This document shows, piece by piece, positions 45,629 through 55,372 of a DNA stretch of 64,000 nucleotides. The stretch is from IMG/VR virus record IMGVR_UViG_3300009031_000221, positions 352,001 to 416,000 of that record; one strand, given 5' to 3'. A program made the position numbers and the translations under genes. Under the pieces are notes generated by a model. That model did no database searches and had not been told where the DNA came from. It was given only the letters and a program-made list of their open reading frames with translations. How positions within the stretch are numbered: position 1 is the stretch's first letter; every line of letters begins with the position of its first letter. Source of the DNA: a virus. Lineage: Duplodnaviria; Caudoviricetes.

Positions 45629-46048
45629 TTACCTTGTAATTTGGAGCTTCCTCAGCCCCTTGAGATTTCCACGGCCTCCACAGATCCAAAGGGCTTGCTG
45701 TTCATCCCCGAATCCCAGGAGATAATGATTCCGCACATAGTAGAACGAGTAGCCTGTGTTGCCGTCCTCACTATTAGCCAAGAAACTATCCCCATCGCCC
45801 TTGGTGACTTGCACCATGACAATACCACCCCACAGCGTATCGAGGAATAACCACGTTCCGATCTTGATGCCCTCGATGTCCCGGATGACATGAGCCGGGG
45901 TCATGAGGGACTCGGCTTCCTCTCGCGTGTGTTCCGCAGGAACAAATCCCTCGGGCACAAGGTAGACAGGAGAACCGATATTCTCATATATCTTGAGGCC
46001 GATAACAGGGCGATTCGGATCATCCGGGCCTAGAACAACAGCATCCAT
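45629..46048 (-). CDS. hypothetical protein
   Basis: 139-aa ORF. Confidence 0.5.
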   Translation of the reverse strand: MDAVVLGPDDPNRPVIGLKIYENIGSPVYLVPEGFVPAEHTREEAESLMTPAHVIRDIEGIKIGTWLFLDTLWGGIVMVQVTKGDGDSFLANSEDGNTGYSFYYVRNHYLLGFGDEQQALWICGGRGNLKGLRKLQITR

Positions 46049-46060
46049 GATGTGAAACCT

Positions 46061-47056
46061 TTAGTTGACTCGCGAACGGGTCTTGGGGGTAGTGAAACCG
46101 TAGTCAATTGTCTTCGGATCTTCATACCCCAAAGCGGGAGTATTCAGCTTAGCGCCGATGTCATCCCACACAGCCTGATCGGTAGCATCCACACCATTCA
46201 TGGAACCCCGAACCTCAGCCGCCATGACAACATCATCCACACCGTTATCAAATGACGAGGTATCCATCATGAGGGCGGAATCTAGCAGCGTCCCCGCTTC
46301 TGAGGCGCCTGAAGTACGAACCTGCGTGCAGATGGATTCGATATGCTGTGCAATGCCATCCGCCTGTGAACCCGCCAAGGCAATCCGCTGCTCCATCTTG
46401 GGGATGGAATCTACCTTGGACTTGATGGCACGAAGGCGCTCCCCCATAACGATCTGAGCGGTCTTGTCATCTTTGTTGGATGCAGCCTGTGCCTTTTGCA
46501 GTTTGTTGAATTCGCTCGCCAAGGACTGAGGGGCAAGTTGACGAAGGCTTTCCTTCGTGTTTTGGACCATAGACAGGATGCTGAGCCACCCGTTGATCAT
46601 CTCATCTAGGCGAAGGATTTGGTCATCTGAAATAGCTTCCGGCCGAACGCCCTGAAGCTCCCGCATCTCCGCAACCAACTTTGTCAAGCGGCTGAATGCG
46701 GATACCTGATCCGAATAATCACCGTATGCCCGGTAGTTACTTGCAACATCAGCCCAATTCACCGCACCCTTGACAAACAGATCAAGCGGGGAATCGATTC
46801 CCGGCTTGTCAATCTTCCACAAGGACTTGAGGTAGTACCAACGTTGCCGTTCGATACGTGCCGCCCGCCCAGATGCGGTCAAGGACTGTTGGACGCCCGG
46901 CATGCTAGGCAGGACGTATAGCGCCATACCTTCTAGCAGAAGGCCCAATCCAAAGGCCTCCCACCCGAAGGCGAGACCGCTAATCCCAATCCCCGCCAAG
47001 GAAACCAGGTTCATCCAGTGAGTGAATAGCGCAGATGTGTAATTGGTCTTGTTCAT
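46061..47056 (-). CDS. membrane-anchored helical/coiled-coil protein (ABC-module associated)
   Basis: Two N-terminal TMs and long amphipathic helices. Confidence 0.7.
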   Translation of the reverse strand: MNKTNYTSALFTHWMNLVSLAGIGISGLAFGWEAFGLGLLLEGMALYVLPSMPGVQQSLTASGRAARIERQRWYYLKSLWKIDKPGIDSPLDLFVKGAVNWADVASNYRAYGDYSDQVSAFSRLTKLVAEMRELQGVRPEAISDDQILRLDEMINGWLSILSMVQNTKESLRQLAPQSLASEFNKLQKAQAASNKDDKTAQIVMGERLRAIKSKVDSIPKMEQRIALAGSQADGIAQHIESICTQVRTSGASEAGTLLDSALMMDTSSFDNGVDDVVMAAEVRGSMNGVDATDQAVWDDIGAKLNTPALGYEDPKTIDYGFTTPKTRSRVN

Positions 47057-47061
47057 GTCAT

Positions 47062-47088
47062 ACCTACGCGAATAAGGGTAGAAGTAAG
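47062..47088 (-). promoter_or_regulatory. promoter-like motif, copy 13
   Basis: acctacgc-gaataagggtag-aagtaag. Confidence 0.72.
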
Positions 47089-47092
47089 TCCG

Positions 47093-48049
47093 CTAGACGC
47101 TAACCCGAATGTTGCCTGCGCCCTTATTTCCATTGGCCTCACGAATCGTCTGAAGGATGCTAGCCTCCAGTTGTGCATGCTCTGGAGAAGCCGCCCATTC
47201 CGCCGTTCGTTGCTCCTGTGGGGGCAGATGAATGTCCGAGAGAATGGTTGCAGGGCGGGTAGACAACACAATGATACGATCCGCCAAGTCCAAAGCCTCA
47301 CCCACATCATGTGTCACGAACAGGATGAGGCATTGGTATTGCTTCTTCAACGCCTTGACCAAGTTCCGCATTTCGATGCGGATTGACGGGTCAAGGGCGG
47401 AGAATGGTTCATCCATGCACACGATCTCTGGGCGGACTACCAACGATGCCGCCAAAGCCGCACGTTGCTTCATACCCCCAGACAACTGCCGTGGAAACTT
47501 GTGCAAGGCATCCCCCAGGCCGACAGCCTCGAGGATTGCGATAGCCTTCTCCTCTACTTCCCGATGGGGCGCCGAACATGGAATCTTGCCACGCAATGCC
47601 GGGATGCGATCCGCCACGGACTTCAGCATGTCCTGAAGGAATTCCCACGGCCAACGGATGCGGGGACCATAAATCAGGGGTTTGAACATCAGCGTGACGT
47701 TGCCCAGGACGGTAAGCCAACGGACAAGCACCGGGGTTTGGAATACCGTGATGGTTTCATCCCGTGGCCCAGTGACCTCCTCCCCATTGATGAGGCACTG
47801 CCCCGCCGTGGGCATGTGCGTATTGGGAGGATACATGCCCGAAACCATGCGGAGGATCGTGGATTTGCCGCAACCCGAAGGCCCCAGGATTGCGATGGTT
47901 TCGCACCCTTCCGTCTTGAACGTAATGTTCTTGACGACTTCCTTCAGTCCTTCATCATCCTCAAATGACTGGCAGCACCCCTTGAATTCCACCGTCAAAG
48001 TGGGCTTGGCAACTGCCGCAGCGCCAACACCGTCTACTGATGCAATCAT
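47093..48049 (-). CDS. NitT/TauT-family ABC transporter ATP-binding protein
   Basis: GPSGCGKST, Q-loop FQ, LSGGMKQR, MDEPFSALD, FVTHD. Confidence 0.95.
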   Translation of the reverse strand: MIASVDGVGAAAVAKPTLTVEFKGCCQSFEDDEGLKEVVKNITFKTEGCETIAILGPSGCGKSTILRMVSGMYPPNTHMPTAGQCLINGEEVTGPRDETITVFQTPVLVRWLTVLGNVTLMFKPLIYGPRIRWPWEFLQDMLKSVADRIPALRGKIPCSAPHREVEEKAIAILEAVGLGDALHKFPRQLSGGMKQRAALAASLVVRPEIVCMDEPFSALDPSIRIEMRNLVKALKKQYQCLILFVTHDVGEALDLADRIIVLSTRPATILSDIHLPPQEQRTAEWAASPEHAQLEASILQTIREANGNKGAGNIRVSV

Positions 48050-48051
48050 GG

Positions 48052-48933
48052 TTATTCTCCTTCGGGGCTAAGCAAGTGGTGCTTCTGGCACAATTTGAAT
48101 CCGTAAATGGTCACGACACCAAGGATGATGACCTGAATGATGCCTGCGTAGATTCGTGGGCCGTTCTGCACACGGCAAGCGCCCGCAATGATGGCCCCTA
48201 GACCATTGGTGACATTGACGGTTTCCGCCGCCACAATGTATGTCACCGCAATGCCCGCACAGATGCCGACACCCTCAAAGATTCTAGGGGCTGCAGCAGG
48301 GATGACAAAGTAGAACAGGGCACTGAGCCGCCGGAACCCTGCATCAACCGCACGATCCTTGATCGCGGGGTCAACATTCCGAACAGCGTCGAATGTCGTC
48401 GGGATGATGTAGACCAGCGTGCCCAATGTCAAGAAGTTGACCTTTAGAGCCTCTGAAATGCCCCATACCAACATGAACAACGGCAGGAATGCCGTGATTG
48501 GCGCATTCCGCATCGGAGGAATCAGGAAGGCGAAGAAGGCTTCGATTGTACCAAATGCTCCCATGAGGATTCCCAGAGGGATCCCAATGAGGCATGCCCG
48601 TAGCACGGCACTCGCGATCCGGCTGACCGATGCCATCGTGCCTTGGACGCCACTGGAATACTTGAAGGACTCCCAACCCCAAGCCGGATTGATTGGCCGA
48701 AGCTGCCCGGTGACTGCATCCGGGATCCTGGCAGGGGCATCGTGAAACATCTCAATGTATGCGACTGCCGTAGGCCCCGGGCCGGGGAGGAAGTTGGGGT
48801 TGACGATCTTCGCATCCGTGAACATCGACCATGCCATGATGAAGGTCACCAAGCCTGCGATGGGCAGGACGTACTTGGCAGTTCCCGTGGCAGGAGTGCA
48901 AATAGGGTGTGCATGCTGGTGGTTACTGCTCAT
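48052..48933 (-). CDS. NitT/TauT-family ABC transporter permease
   Basis: IGIPLGILMG, R..P..AF.PL..L..G, EAA-like loop, AETV...GLG; start moved to MSSNH. Confidence 0.92.
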   Translation of the reverse strand: MSSNHQHAHPICTPATGTAKYVLPIAGLVTFIMAWSMFTDAKIVNPNFLPGPGPTAVAYIEMFHDAPARIPDAVTGQLRPINPAWGWESFKYSSGVQGTMASVSRIASAVLRACLIGIPLGILMGAFGTIEAFFAFLIPPMRNAPITAFLPLFMLVWGISEALKVNFLTLGTLVYIIPTTFDAVRNVDPAIKDRAVDAGFRRLSALFYFVIPAAAPRIFEGVGICAGIAVTYIVAAETVNVTNGLGAIIAGACRVQNGPRIYAGIIQVIILGVVTIYGFKLCQKHHLLSPEGE

Positions 48934-49207
48934 TGGCCCCTCTCTGTGCGTAGTAGGTGTCCATTTGTTCCCGGTTCGCCCGCACGGATGGATTGGCCTG
49001 GATGTAATCAACAAGCCCGTCAATCGTGTCCGTCTCAACCATCAGGCCATAGGGTGCGAAGGTCATGTATCGCATGTCCGCCCGCAACCCTGCACCACTG
49101 CGGGATACATAGGAACGGGGGTCACGGATCCCTTCGGGGACAACCAAGGCGAAGTACGACCCGCCCTCATCCCACAACACCCACACAGATTTGAGTTTAT
49201 CAGTCAT
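48923..49207 (-). CDS. hypothetical protein
   Basis: 94-aa ORF inserted in the ABC cluster. Confidence 0.5.
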   Translation of the reverse strand: MTDKLKSVWVLWDEGGSYFALVVPEGIRDPRSYVSRSGAGLRADMRYMTFAPYGLMVETDTIDGLVDYIQANPSVRANREQMDTYYAQRGANEQ

Positions 49208-49209
49208 GT

Positions 49210-50283
49210 TTATGCCTTCCTACGCTTGACAGCAAATCCCATGGTGGGGGTGACGAAACTATCGACCTTCGTGATAGCGAGGATGCCGCCAATGAATTCC
49301 ATGGGCATCTCGCCACCGAGGTACTCCCAGGTGAAATTTACGCGGCTGAGGTGGCTGGGGACGGCAGTGCAGTCATAACCGCTGTACCGGGTAAGCCCCT
49401 TCTCCCAATCGTAGAGCTTAGCATCCTTGGGGATGAACTTGTTGTCATCCTTCAAGGTGTAGTTCAGGAAGGCGGTAATCCATCCCGTCATGTCATCCGT
49501 GCCCGAACCCGACAGGTGCTTGTAGATGGATGACCAGAAATCATTGTCAAACGGAGCCCCATTCGCCTGTGCCGCGATCGTGTAGAGGACCGGAATCAGG
49601 TGATTGAAGTATTCTCCCAGGTGCTTCGGGAACATAGGCGCCAAGGCGATGCACGAATTCAACAGCTTGACGTAATCCTCCGGCTGGCCCAGCAAACGAA
49701 TCCGAGGAATGCCGCAACAGGTCATCACCCGGTAATCGTAGTAGGGGCTAGCCGCATCCATGAACGCCACCATCGATGCCGCACGACTCACGGGGGTATG
49801 CGTGCTGAAGGATGGGAGGGCGTTCGTCAACACGGTAGACGGCACAAGCTTGCCCATCTCCGTCTCAAACATCGGCAGCACGTCCAACCATGCGGTATCG
49901 GAATGTCCGGGCACAAGGCCGTCATGACGAACCCGAATGATTTCCTTCTCCGCCGAGGTGGTGAACAAATCCCGGTATTCATCCGGGTTTTGCTTGACCG
50001 TGACAGCAACCTCATGAAGCACGAGGTACATCAGCACTTCGGGGGACAATGCCAAGGGGTAGTGATTCGCGAAGCACGCATGAACTGCATGGAAGAACAA
50101 ACTGCCCTTGTTGTTGTGGTGCATTTCCAGGGTGTTCAACGGCATCCGGCATTCAACCAACCCCGAACCCGTAATGGCATTCAGGAAATGGTCTACTGGG
50201 ATCATCTTACTGGGGGCGGCGTTCTCCTTGACCTTCTTACGGCTATAGGAGTCATGAATGGTAACGTCAAAATCACAAGGCAT
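49210..50283 (-). CDS. DUF4419-family protein
   Basis: AVH.CF.NHYPL.LSP...CGIP.I.L.G..EDY..L, FW..IYK, GW...F; start moved to MPCDF (GGAG SD). Confidence 0.78.
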   Translation of the reverse strand: MPCDFDVTIHDSYSRKKVKENAAPSKMIPVDHFLNAITGSGLVECRMPLNTLEMHHNNKGSLFFHAVHACFANHYPLALSPEVLMYLVLHEVAVTVKQNPDEYRDLFTTSAEKEIIRVRHDGLVPGHSDTAWLDVLPMFETEMGKLVPSTVLTNALPSFSTHTPVSRAASMVAFMDAASPYYDYRVMTCCGIPRIRLLGQPEDYVKLLNSCIALAPMFPKHLGEYFNHLIPVLYTIAAQANGAPFDNDFWSSIYKHLSGSGTDDMTGWITAFLNYTLKDDNKFIPKDAKLYDWEKGLTRYSGYDCTAVPSHLSRVNFTWEYLGGEMPMEFIGGILAITKVDSFVTPTMGFAVKRRKA

Positions 50284-50313
50284 GGGGGTCTCCGGTGCGA
50301 ATGGTCGCATTCA

Positions 50314-50340
50314 ATCTACGCAATGGAAGGGGGAAGTAAG
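50314..50340 (-). promoter_or_regulatory. promoter-like motif, copy 14
   Basis: atctacgc-aatggaaggggg-aagtaag. Confidence 0.75.
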
Positions 50341-50344
50341 CGCA

Positions 50345-50377
50345 GGATGCCGGGGGAAAACGACTCCCCCGGCATCC
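50345..50377 (-). terminator. 13-bp GC-rich hairpin after the OmpA-SBP gene
   Basis: ggatgccggggga-aaacgac-tcccccggcatcc. Confidence 0.7.
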
Positions 50378-50387
50378 CGCTCAGGAA

Positions 50388-52154
50388 CTACTTGGCGGAC
50401 ACGAACACGATGTCAGTGCGACGGTTCTTCGCACGGCAATCGGCGGTCTTCAGGTTGCACACCGGGCTATCCGGGCCATTGCCCTGAGCCACAACCCGAT
50501 TCTCAGCCAATCCCTGCGAAATCAGGAACTGGCGGACTTCCTCTGCCCGTTGCTGGGACAGGGTGATGTTGCTAGCCTTGCTACCCACGTCATCCGTGTT
50601 GCCCTCGATACGGAAGCCCATGCCCTCTACCAGGCCAACCTGCGTCATGACCTGGGCCTTGAGGATGGAGCGTGCCCCGATGTCAAGCGACTTGGAACCC
50701 GTATCGAAGTTGATCGTAACCGGCTTGACCAGCTTCGGCTCCGCATTGGCAATCACGGTCGGGTTGTAGACGGGCTTCTCCGCCTCAATCGGAACCGCAA
50801 CCGTGCCCGTTGCCTGTGCCGCAGCCGCCCGGTGAGACTTCTCATCCTCGTAGATGGCCTTGATGATGCTACCGTTGCGGAGCTTGCTAGGCACGAACCG
50901 CTGCGTCAGGGCAGGCGAACCATCCGGCTCCGTGTACTCGGACCAGATGCTATCCGCCTGCTTGTAGACCGTATCGAACTTCGGGGCGGATCCGTCAATG
51001 CCGAAGTAGGCGACGTTATCACCCAAATCGTTCCACTTGACCCACTCCAGGGATGCTAACGTAGCGTCGTACTTCAGTTCATCGCGGAAGCGGGGTTCAA
51101 CCGTGGAGATCAACCGTGCCGCCGCCTTCTTGTCCGCGTTGCCGATGCGAGCACCCTCGAGGAAGATGCGGGCAATCTTCTCAGCCACGTCCGGATGTGC
51201 CGCCAAGAAGTCGCTACGAACCAACAGGTTATCGGCAACCAACGTATCCGCCTCCTTCGTGGAGAACACACGGTAGGCACCGGGACGGCAAGCAATCGCC
51301 AAGGACACATCCGGCTCCCACAGGCAAGCCACGTCGATCTTGCCCTGGCAGAACAGGTTCCGGGCGTACGTGTAATCGTCCATGCTGAATGACATGTTGC
51401 CCCGTGCCTTTTGCAGTTCCGTCGGGTTCAAGTCGCCATTGGTCAGCCACATTTCGAAGACCGTGTGGTCAGGCGAGTACTTGAGGACGGCGCCCTTGTG
51501 CGTCAGCATGTCCCGTGGGGACTTGACGGACTTGTCTGCAACGCAAGCGTCACCGCCACGCGACCAGTCGATCTGCATGACCGACACGGCATCCACAAGC
51601 GCCTTGGCGAAGCCCGGCAAGTTGATGGGAAGTTCGTCCGTCGTAGACCAGATGAAGTCCGCCGAACCCGACTGGAGGGCGGCGTTCTTCTTATCCGGCT
51701 CTTCGATAAAGATGAACTCCACGTTCAGGCCCGGGCCACTCTCCGGCTTGAGCACCGAACGAACCGTATTGCAAAAGGAACCTGCCTGGGGCGTCAAGCC
51801 ACCGCAAGCCAGGATGCCCGCCGAGTGACCGGGCCACTGCGACAGGGCAACCTTGCACGGACGCTGGCTGGCGCTACCACAGGAACCGGCAACGCCGGCG
51901 GGGACATTGGCTGCCACAGGCGCCGCAACCGGGACATTGACGACCTTGGTTTCCGGCTGACCCGTGGTTGCGTTGATGACCGGCTTGCCGGCGGCATCCA
52001 GCACGGGAACGGTCTGTTGTACCACCGCTGCCGCTGGCGCTGCAGCCTTGTCGAGGAACTTGGGGCGAACGACGAAGTAGTAAAGGGACGCCACAACGGC
52101 AACAAAGGCAATGCCGAGAACGGCTCGGCCCGCAGGTTGGATCTGAATAGCCAT
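50388..52154 (-). CDS. membrane-anchored NMT1/TauA-type substrate-binding protein fused to an OmpA C-terminal domain
   Basis: N-terminal TM; WPGH, D.S.GGD, D.A.LWEP; C-terminal INF.TGS...IEGNTDDVG...N..LS..RA..V...L...G.G..P...NRR. Confidence 0.9.
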   Translation of the reverse strand: MAIQIQPAGRAVLGIAFVAVVASLYYFVVRPKFLDKAAAPAAAVVQQTVPVLDAAGKPVINATTGQPETKVVNVPVAAPVAANVPAGVAGSCGSASQRPCKVALSQWPGHSAGILACGGLTPQAGSFCNTVRSVLKPESGPGLNVEFIFIEEPDKKNAALQSGSADFIWSTTDELPINLPGFAKALVDAVSVMQIDWSRGGDACVADKSVKSPRDMLTHKGAVLKYSPDHTVFEMWLTNGDLNPTELQKARGNMSFSMDDYTYARNLFCQGKIDVACLWEPDVSLAIACRPGAYRVFSTKEADTLVADNLLVRSDFLAAHPDVAEKIARIFLEGARIGNADKKAAARLISTVEPRFRDELKYDATLASLEWVKWNDLGDNVAYFGIDGSAPKFDTVYKQADSIWSEYTEPDGSPALTQRFVPSKLRNGSIIKAIYEDEKSHRAAAAQATGTVAVPIEAEKPVYNPTVIANAEPKLVKPVTINFDTGSKSLDIGARSILKAQVMTQVGLVEGMGFRIEGNTDDVGSKASNITLSQQRAEEVRQFLISQGLAENRVVAQGNGPDSPVCNLKTADCRAKNRRTDIVFVSAK

Positions 52155-52203
52155 GATGTACTATGCTCCTTTCCAGGGTGACTCGCACCCGGCTGATATC
52201 GAC

Positions 52204-52830
52204 CTAATGGCCGAAGAACTTGATGAGCGCCTTGTAGCGCTCCACAGCGGTAGAAATCGTCTGACGAACACCATCCGCCCGAAGATTCACCGCTTTTGCC
52301 TGCTCCTCGGCCGCCTGTTTGGCTGCCGCCGTATCCTGAACAGCGCCCTCACGGCGCGCCTTCAAGGATGCGATTTGTGCATCAAGATCCACAATGAGGG
52401 CATCCAACTCCGCCTTCCGGGAATCGAATGCCACATTGAGCGCCTTGACACGATCCGCCTCGTCCGATGCGACGAGACCCGTGTACTTATCGAGGATTGC
52501 GACGCGCCGATTGGCGTCCGCCATGACGTGTTCCTCGTCCCAGGTGTTATCCACCGCATCCATTGCCCGCACCATCGCCAACTGCTGCTCCGGGGAGAAT
52601 GGAGCGAGGCTAGCACGCAAAGTGATGACGGTTTCCGCCGAGTTACGCCCGGCTTCCGCACCACCCGCGGCAAGGATCTCCTCCAAAGTCCAATCCAAAG
52701 GCGTCCGCTTGACAGCGGTAGCCGCAGGAGCGGGAGCATCCCCAGTCGGGGCCTCGGGCGCCTCCGGAGCTTCCGATGTAGCGGAATCCGTTGCTGGTGT
52801 AATGGTTACAAGTTTGTCCCAAAAAGCCAT
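52204..52830 (-). CDS. coiled-coil protein (ABC-module associated)
   Basis: A/P-rich linker then long heptad-like helices; start moved to MAFWD (GAGG SD). Confidence 0.7.
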   Translation of the reverse strand: MAFWDKLVTITPATDSATSEAPEAPEAPTGDAPAPAATAVKRTPLDWTLEEILAAGGAEAGRNSAETVITLRASLAPFSPEQQLAMVRAMDAVDNTWDEEHVMADANRRVAILDKYTGLVASDEADRVKALNVAFDSRKAELDALIVDLDAQIASLKARREGAVQDTAAAKQAAEEQAKAVNLRADGVRQTISTAVERYKALIKFFGH

Positions 52831-52884
52831 GTGAACCTCATAAGGATACGTTAGGTCCTTCCCGTACATGGGATGACCCGTCCT

Positions 52885-52911
52885 ATCTACGCAACGATGA
52901 TGAAAAGTAAG
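52885..52911 (-). promoter_or_regulatory. promoter-like motif, copy 15
   Basis: atctacgc-aacgatgatgaa-aagtaag. Confidence 0.75.
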
Positions 52912-52925
52912 TCTAGGCTAGAGCA

Positions 52926-53363
52926 TCAAGTCTCAGGCAGTGTTCTATGCAGTGCCCTACGGGCGGCTGCGATGATGCCCATAGCCTTCACACCGTACTC
53001 ATACTTGTTAGGGCCTGAATTGTAGGCTATCAAGGCACGGCACGAATTAATGTCCCTTGTTTTCCGGCAATAGCTCAAGGCCTCCTTCGACGCACTGGAC
53101 AAACCTACAGCACGGATCCTATTCCGAAGAGATATAACTCCAATGTGGATACACCGTTCGGCACCCTTCTCCCTAGCCATCTTCCCATAGCATCCACGGA
53201 CACCCATGGGGTTATTCTCGTGCAAACCGCTTTCCATGACCCCGATAGACAATGCCATCATCGGATCTACTTCCTGTTGGATTGCTTCCTTCTCGATTTG
53301 CGAGGCAATCTGTGGATCGCCCTTACTGCAAATAAGAAGAATCGCTACAACAAATGGACTCAT
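52926..53363 (-). CDS. SLT-like lytic transglycosylase
   Basis: ALSIGVMESG (catalytic E), NPMGV, ALIAYNSGP...Y..K. Confidence 0.7.
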   Translation of the reverse strand: MSPFVVAILLICSKGDPQIASQIEKEAIQQEVDPMMALSIGVMESGLHENNPMGVRGCYGKMAREKGAERCIHIGVISLRNRIRAVGLSSASKEALSYCRKTRDINSCRALIAYNSGPNKYEYGVKAMGIIAAARRALHRTLPET

Positions 53364-53541
53364 TCACGCCTCATGCCGAAACCCGTTCGGCGTTTGCCTC
53401 CTAGCCCTATATGGACTGAGGGTCAAAAATTGGATGATCCGTCAGAACCTGCATCGTTGATCATCCAATACCCCATCTAAGGTAAGAACGATCTACGCGG
53501 GATGGATCAAATTCACGTTCGCTATCCAAATGGAATCCAAA

Positions 53542-53982
53542 ATGAACCCTTTGATTACAGTCATTGCCAACCGCTATCTAAAGGCATTTGGTATAGCACG
53601 AATCGAACAACACCTGATTGACATTCAGGGAATTGCCAAGAACCTTCGCTCGTATCTAGACCTAGTTGAAGACCTAATTGCGGCCGGAGAACGGCGGCGT
53701 GTAGGTCGGGTATCCGATATCAACGTAGGTCCAATTCGCTTTGATGGTCAAAAGGTTGAAGCCAAAGTGGCAGGTACTACCGGCAGCTACGATACCAGGA
53801 TTACAGTATTTCCGCAACGGGGTCACCACTGTACTTGTGTCGATTGGGAAAAGAATGGAAAGAAGGTTGGCCCTTGCAAGCATGTCCTAGCTTTGGGCAT
53901 TGCCTGGAAGACAGAATCTCTAATGCCTACCGTAGATAACATTGACGACACTCTCAAGGAAATCGTAGACCGGGGGATCTAA
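53542..53982 (+). CDS. SWIM zinc-finger protein with VIANRY motif
   Basis: HHCTCVDW...GPCKHVLAL; V.A.VAGTTG.Y. Confidence 0.8.
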   Translation: MNPLITVIANRYLKAFGIARIEQHLIDIQGIAKNLRSYLDLVEDLIAAGERRRVGRVSDINVGPIRFDGQKVEAKVAGTTGSYDTRITVFPQRGHHCTCVDWEKNGKKVGPCKHVLALGIAWKTESLMPTVDNIDDTLKEIVDRGI

Positions 53983-54233
53983 TCGTCATCCGGGACAAGG
54001 GTGTAGCCGTTCTTCGGGGCCTTCGGTACTTCTACTGGCGTATCGTCCGTCTCATCCTTGGGATCGATACAACCAGCAATGACCTTAGCCATTGCGACAC
54101 AATGGTCGTTCGTGCAGCAACGAATCATGCTGAGCCCATACACGACCTCTTGGGTCGCGGGTTCCGTGCTGCACACGATACATTCATCCTTCTGGAACGG
54201 GGACTTGGGCCTGATGGTCATCTTACGGGACAT
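53979..54233 (-). CDS. small Cys-rich hypothetical protein
   Basis: CIVC...CC...C; start moved to MSRKM. Confidence 0.5.
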   Translation of the reverse strand: MSRKMTIRPKSPFQKDECIVCSTEPATQEVVYGLSMIRCCTNDHCVAMAKVIAGCIDPKDETDDTPVEVPKAPKNGYTLVPDDD

Positions 54234-55365
54234 TGTTTCCTCGCTCAATCGCAATGATGGCTTCCCGCAATGCCTCGAAGTCTTGATCTGAATTGTGCCG
54301 CTGCACGGCCTTGCGGTAGGCCTCATCGGTCGTATCCCAGTTGCCGAAGCACGATGCCGTGGAAGTTGTCAAGCCCTCGTTGTTGAGTCCCACAAAGATC
54401 GGCAAATTTGATCCCCGTTGACGGCAGCATTCGATGACACGATAGGTATCCCGCAAGGTTGGCGGCGTGTAATTCGATGCCTCAAACTGCTTGTAAAGCT
54501 CCGAACCAATGGCAGCAAATGCCGGATTGAGCCTAATGGATACCGGAAGCCCATAGAACTCCCCAAGCTTGTCCAAGTGGACGATCGTTTCCGTAGCCTC
54601 CGCAATGGCTTCCGAATCGGTCATGCCGGCGGCAGGCTTGAGCATGACATATTCATCCAACATGATGGGATATCGCGGAACATGAAACGCATGCGTATCG
54701 GCATACATGACTTGTTCACACAGGGCGAAGAAGTCCTGCACATGGTTCTCCGCATAGCCCTTGAACAGGATGGCATTGCGGAGGTACGGGTCTTGTGTTT
54801 CGTATCCCCCAGAGAACTGCAGGCTGATCTTCTTGAGGGGCATGGAGGTGCGGATGCAATCGTAGACCCATCCGATAACTTCCGCAGTGACGGTCTCGAA
54901 CCGTGTCTCCAAGCAAATAACCTTCAGGTCAGGGCAATTGGCTATCGCTTGTCTAATGGCGAATTCGAGGCATACACGGGGCATTGTATCCCCGTCAAGG
55001 ATACTCCCGTTGTTGGACAGGAATACCCGTTGCACCTGACTCAGTTGTGCCTCATCCAGGGCATCGAATGCCTGCGTCACCTGATCATTGATCTCAACAG
55101 GAGCCAATGCTACTGGCGATGATTGCGAGGGCAACGTACAGAAAGAACACCGCTTCCATCGGCAGGGCTTCGTGTAGAGGGCAAGGAAGATCTCTTTGCC
55201 CAAGGGCGTGTCCTGGAACCATGAGAAGATCGGAGTGCGGTGGTTATGCTGTGTGTCGCCCGCTATGTTGACAGCAGGCACCGTCCCTGTAACACGAATC
55301 AACTTGGTGTGGTCCAACACGCGAACGGTGGGGACAGGAAGATGAGCGGTTTCGATATGGTGCAT
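54223..55365 (-). CDS. radical SAM protein, RaSEA/TIGR01210-like
   Basis: PCRWKRCSFC, NNGSILD, ETRFE, GYET.D, YVMLKP, .RLNP. Confidence 0.75.
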   Translation of the reverse strand: MHHIETAHLPVPTVRVLDHTKLIRVTGTVPAVNIAGDTQHNHRTPIFSWFQDTPLGKEIFLALYTKPCRWKRCSFCTLPSQSSPVALAPVEINDQVTQAFDALDEAQLSQVQRVFLSNNGSILDGDTMPRVCLEFAIRQAIANCPDLKVICLETRFETVTAEVIGWVYDCIRTSMPLKKISLQFSGGYETQDPYLRNAILFKGYAENHVQDFFALCEQVMYADTHAFHVPRYPIMLDEYVMLKPAAGMTDSEAIAEATETIVHLDKLGEFYGLPVSIRLNPAFAAIGSELYKQFEASNYTPPTLRDTYRVIECCRQRGSNLPIFVGLNNEGLTTSTASCFGNWDTTDEAYRKAVQRHNSDQDFEALREAIIAIERGNNVP

Positions 55366-55372
55366 GTGTTCC

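Noticed and set aside
53491-53517. ATCTACGC half-site upstream of the second SLT gene
   Set aside because: The AAGTAAG half is replaced by ATTCACG. It may be a degenerate copy, so it was not counted.
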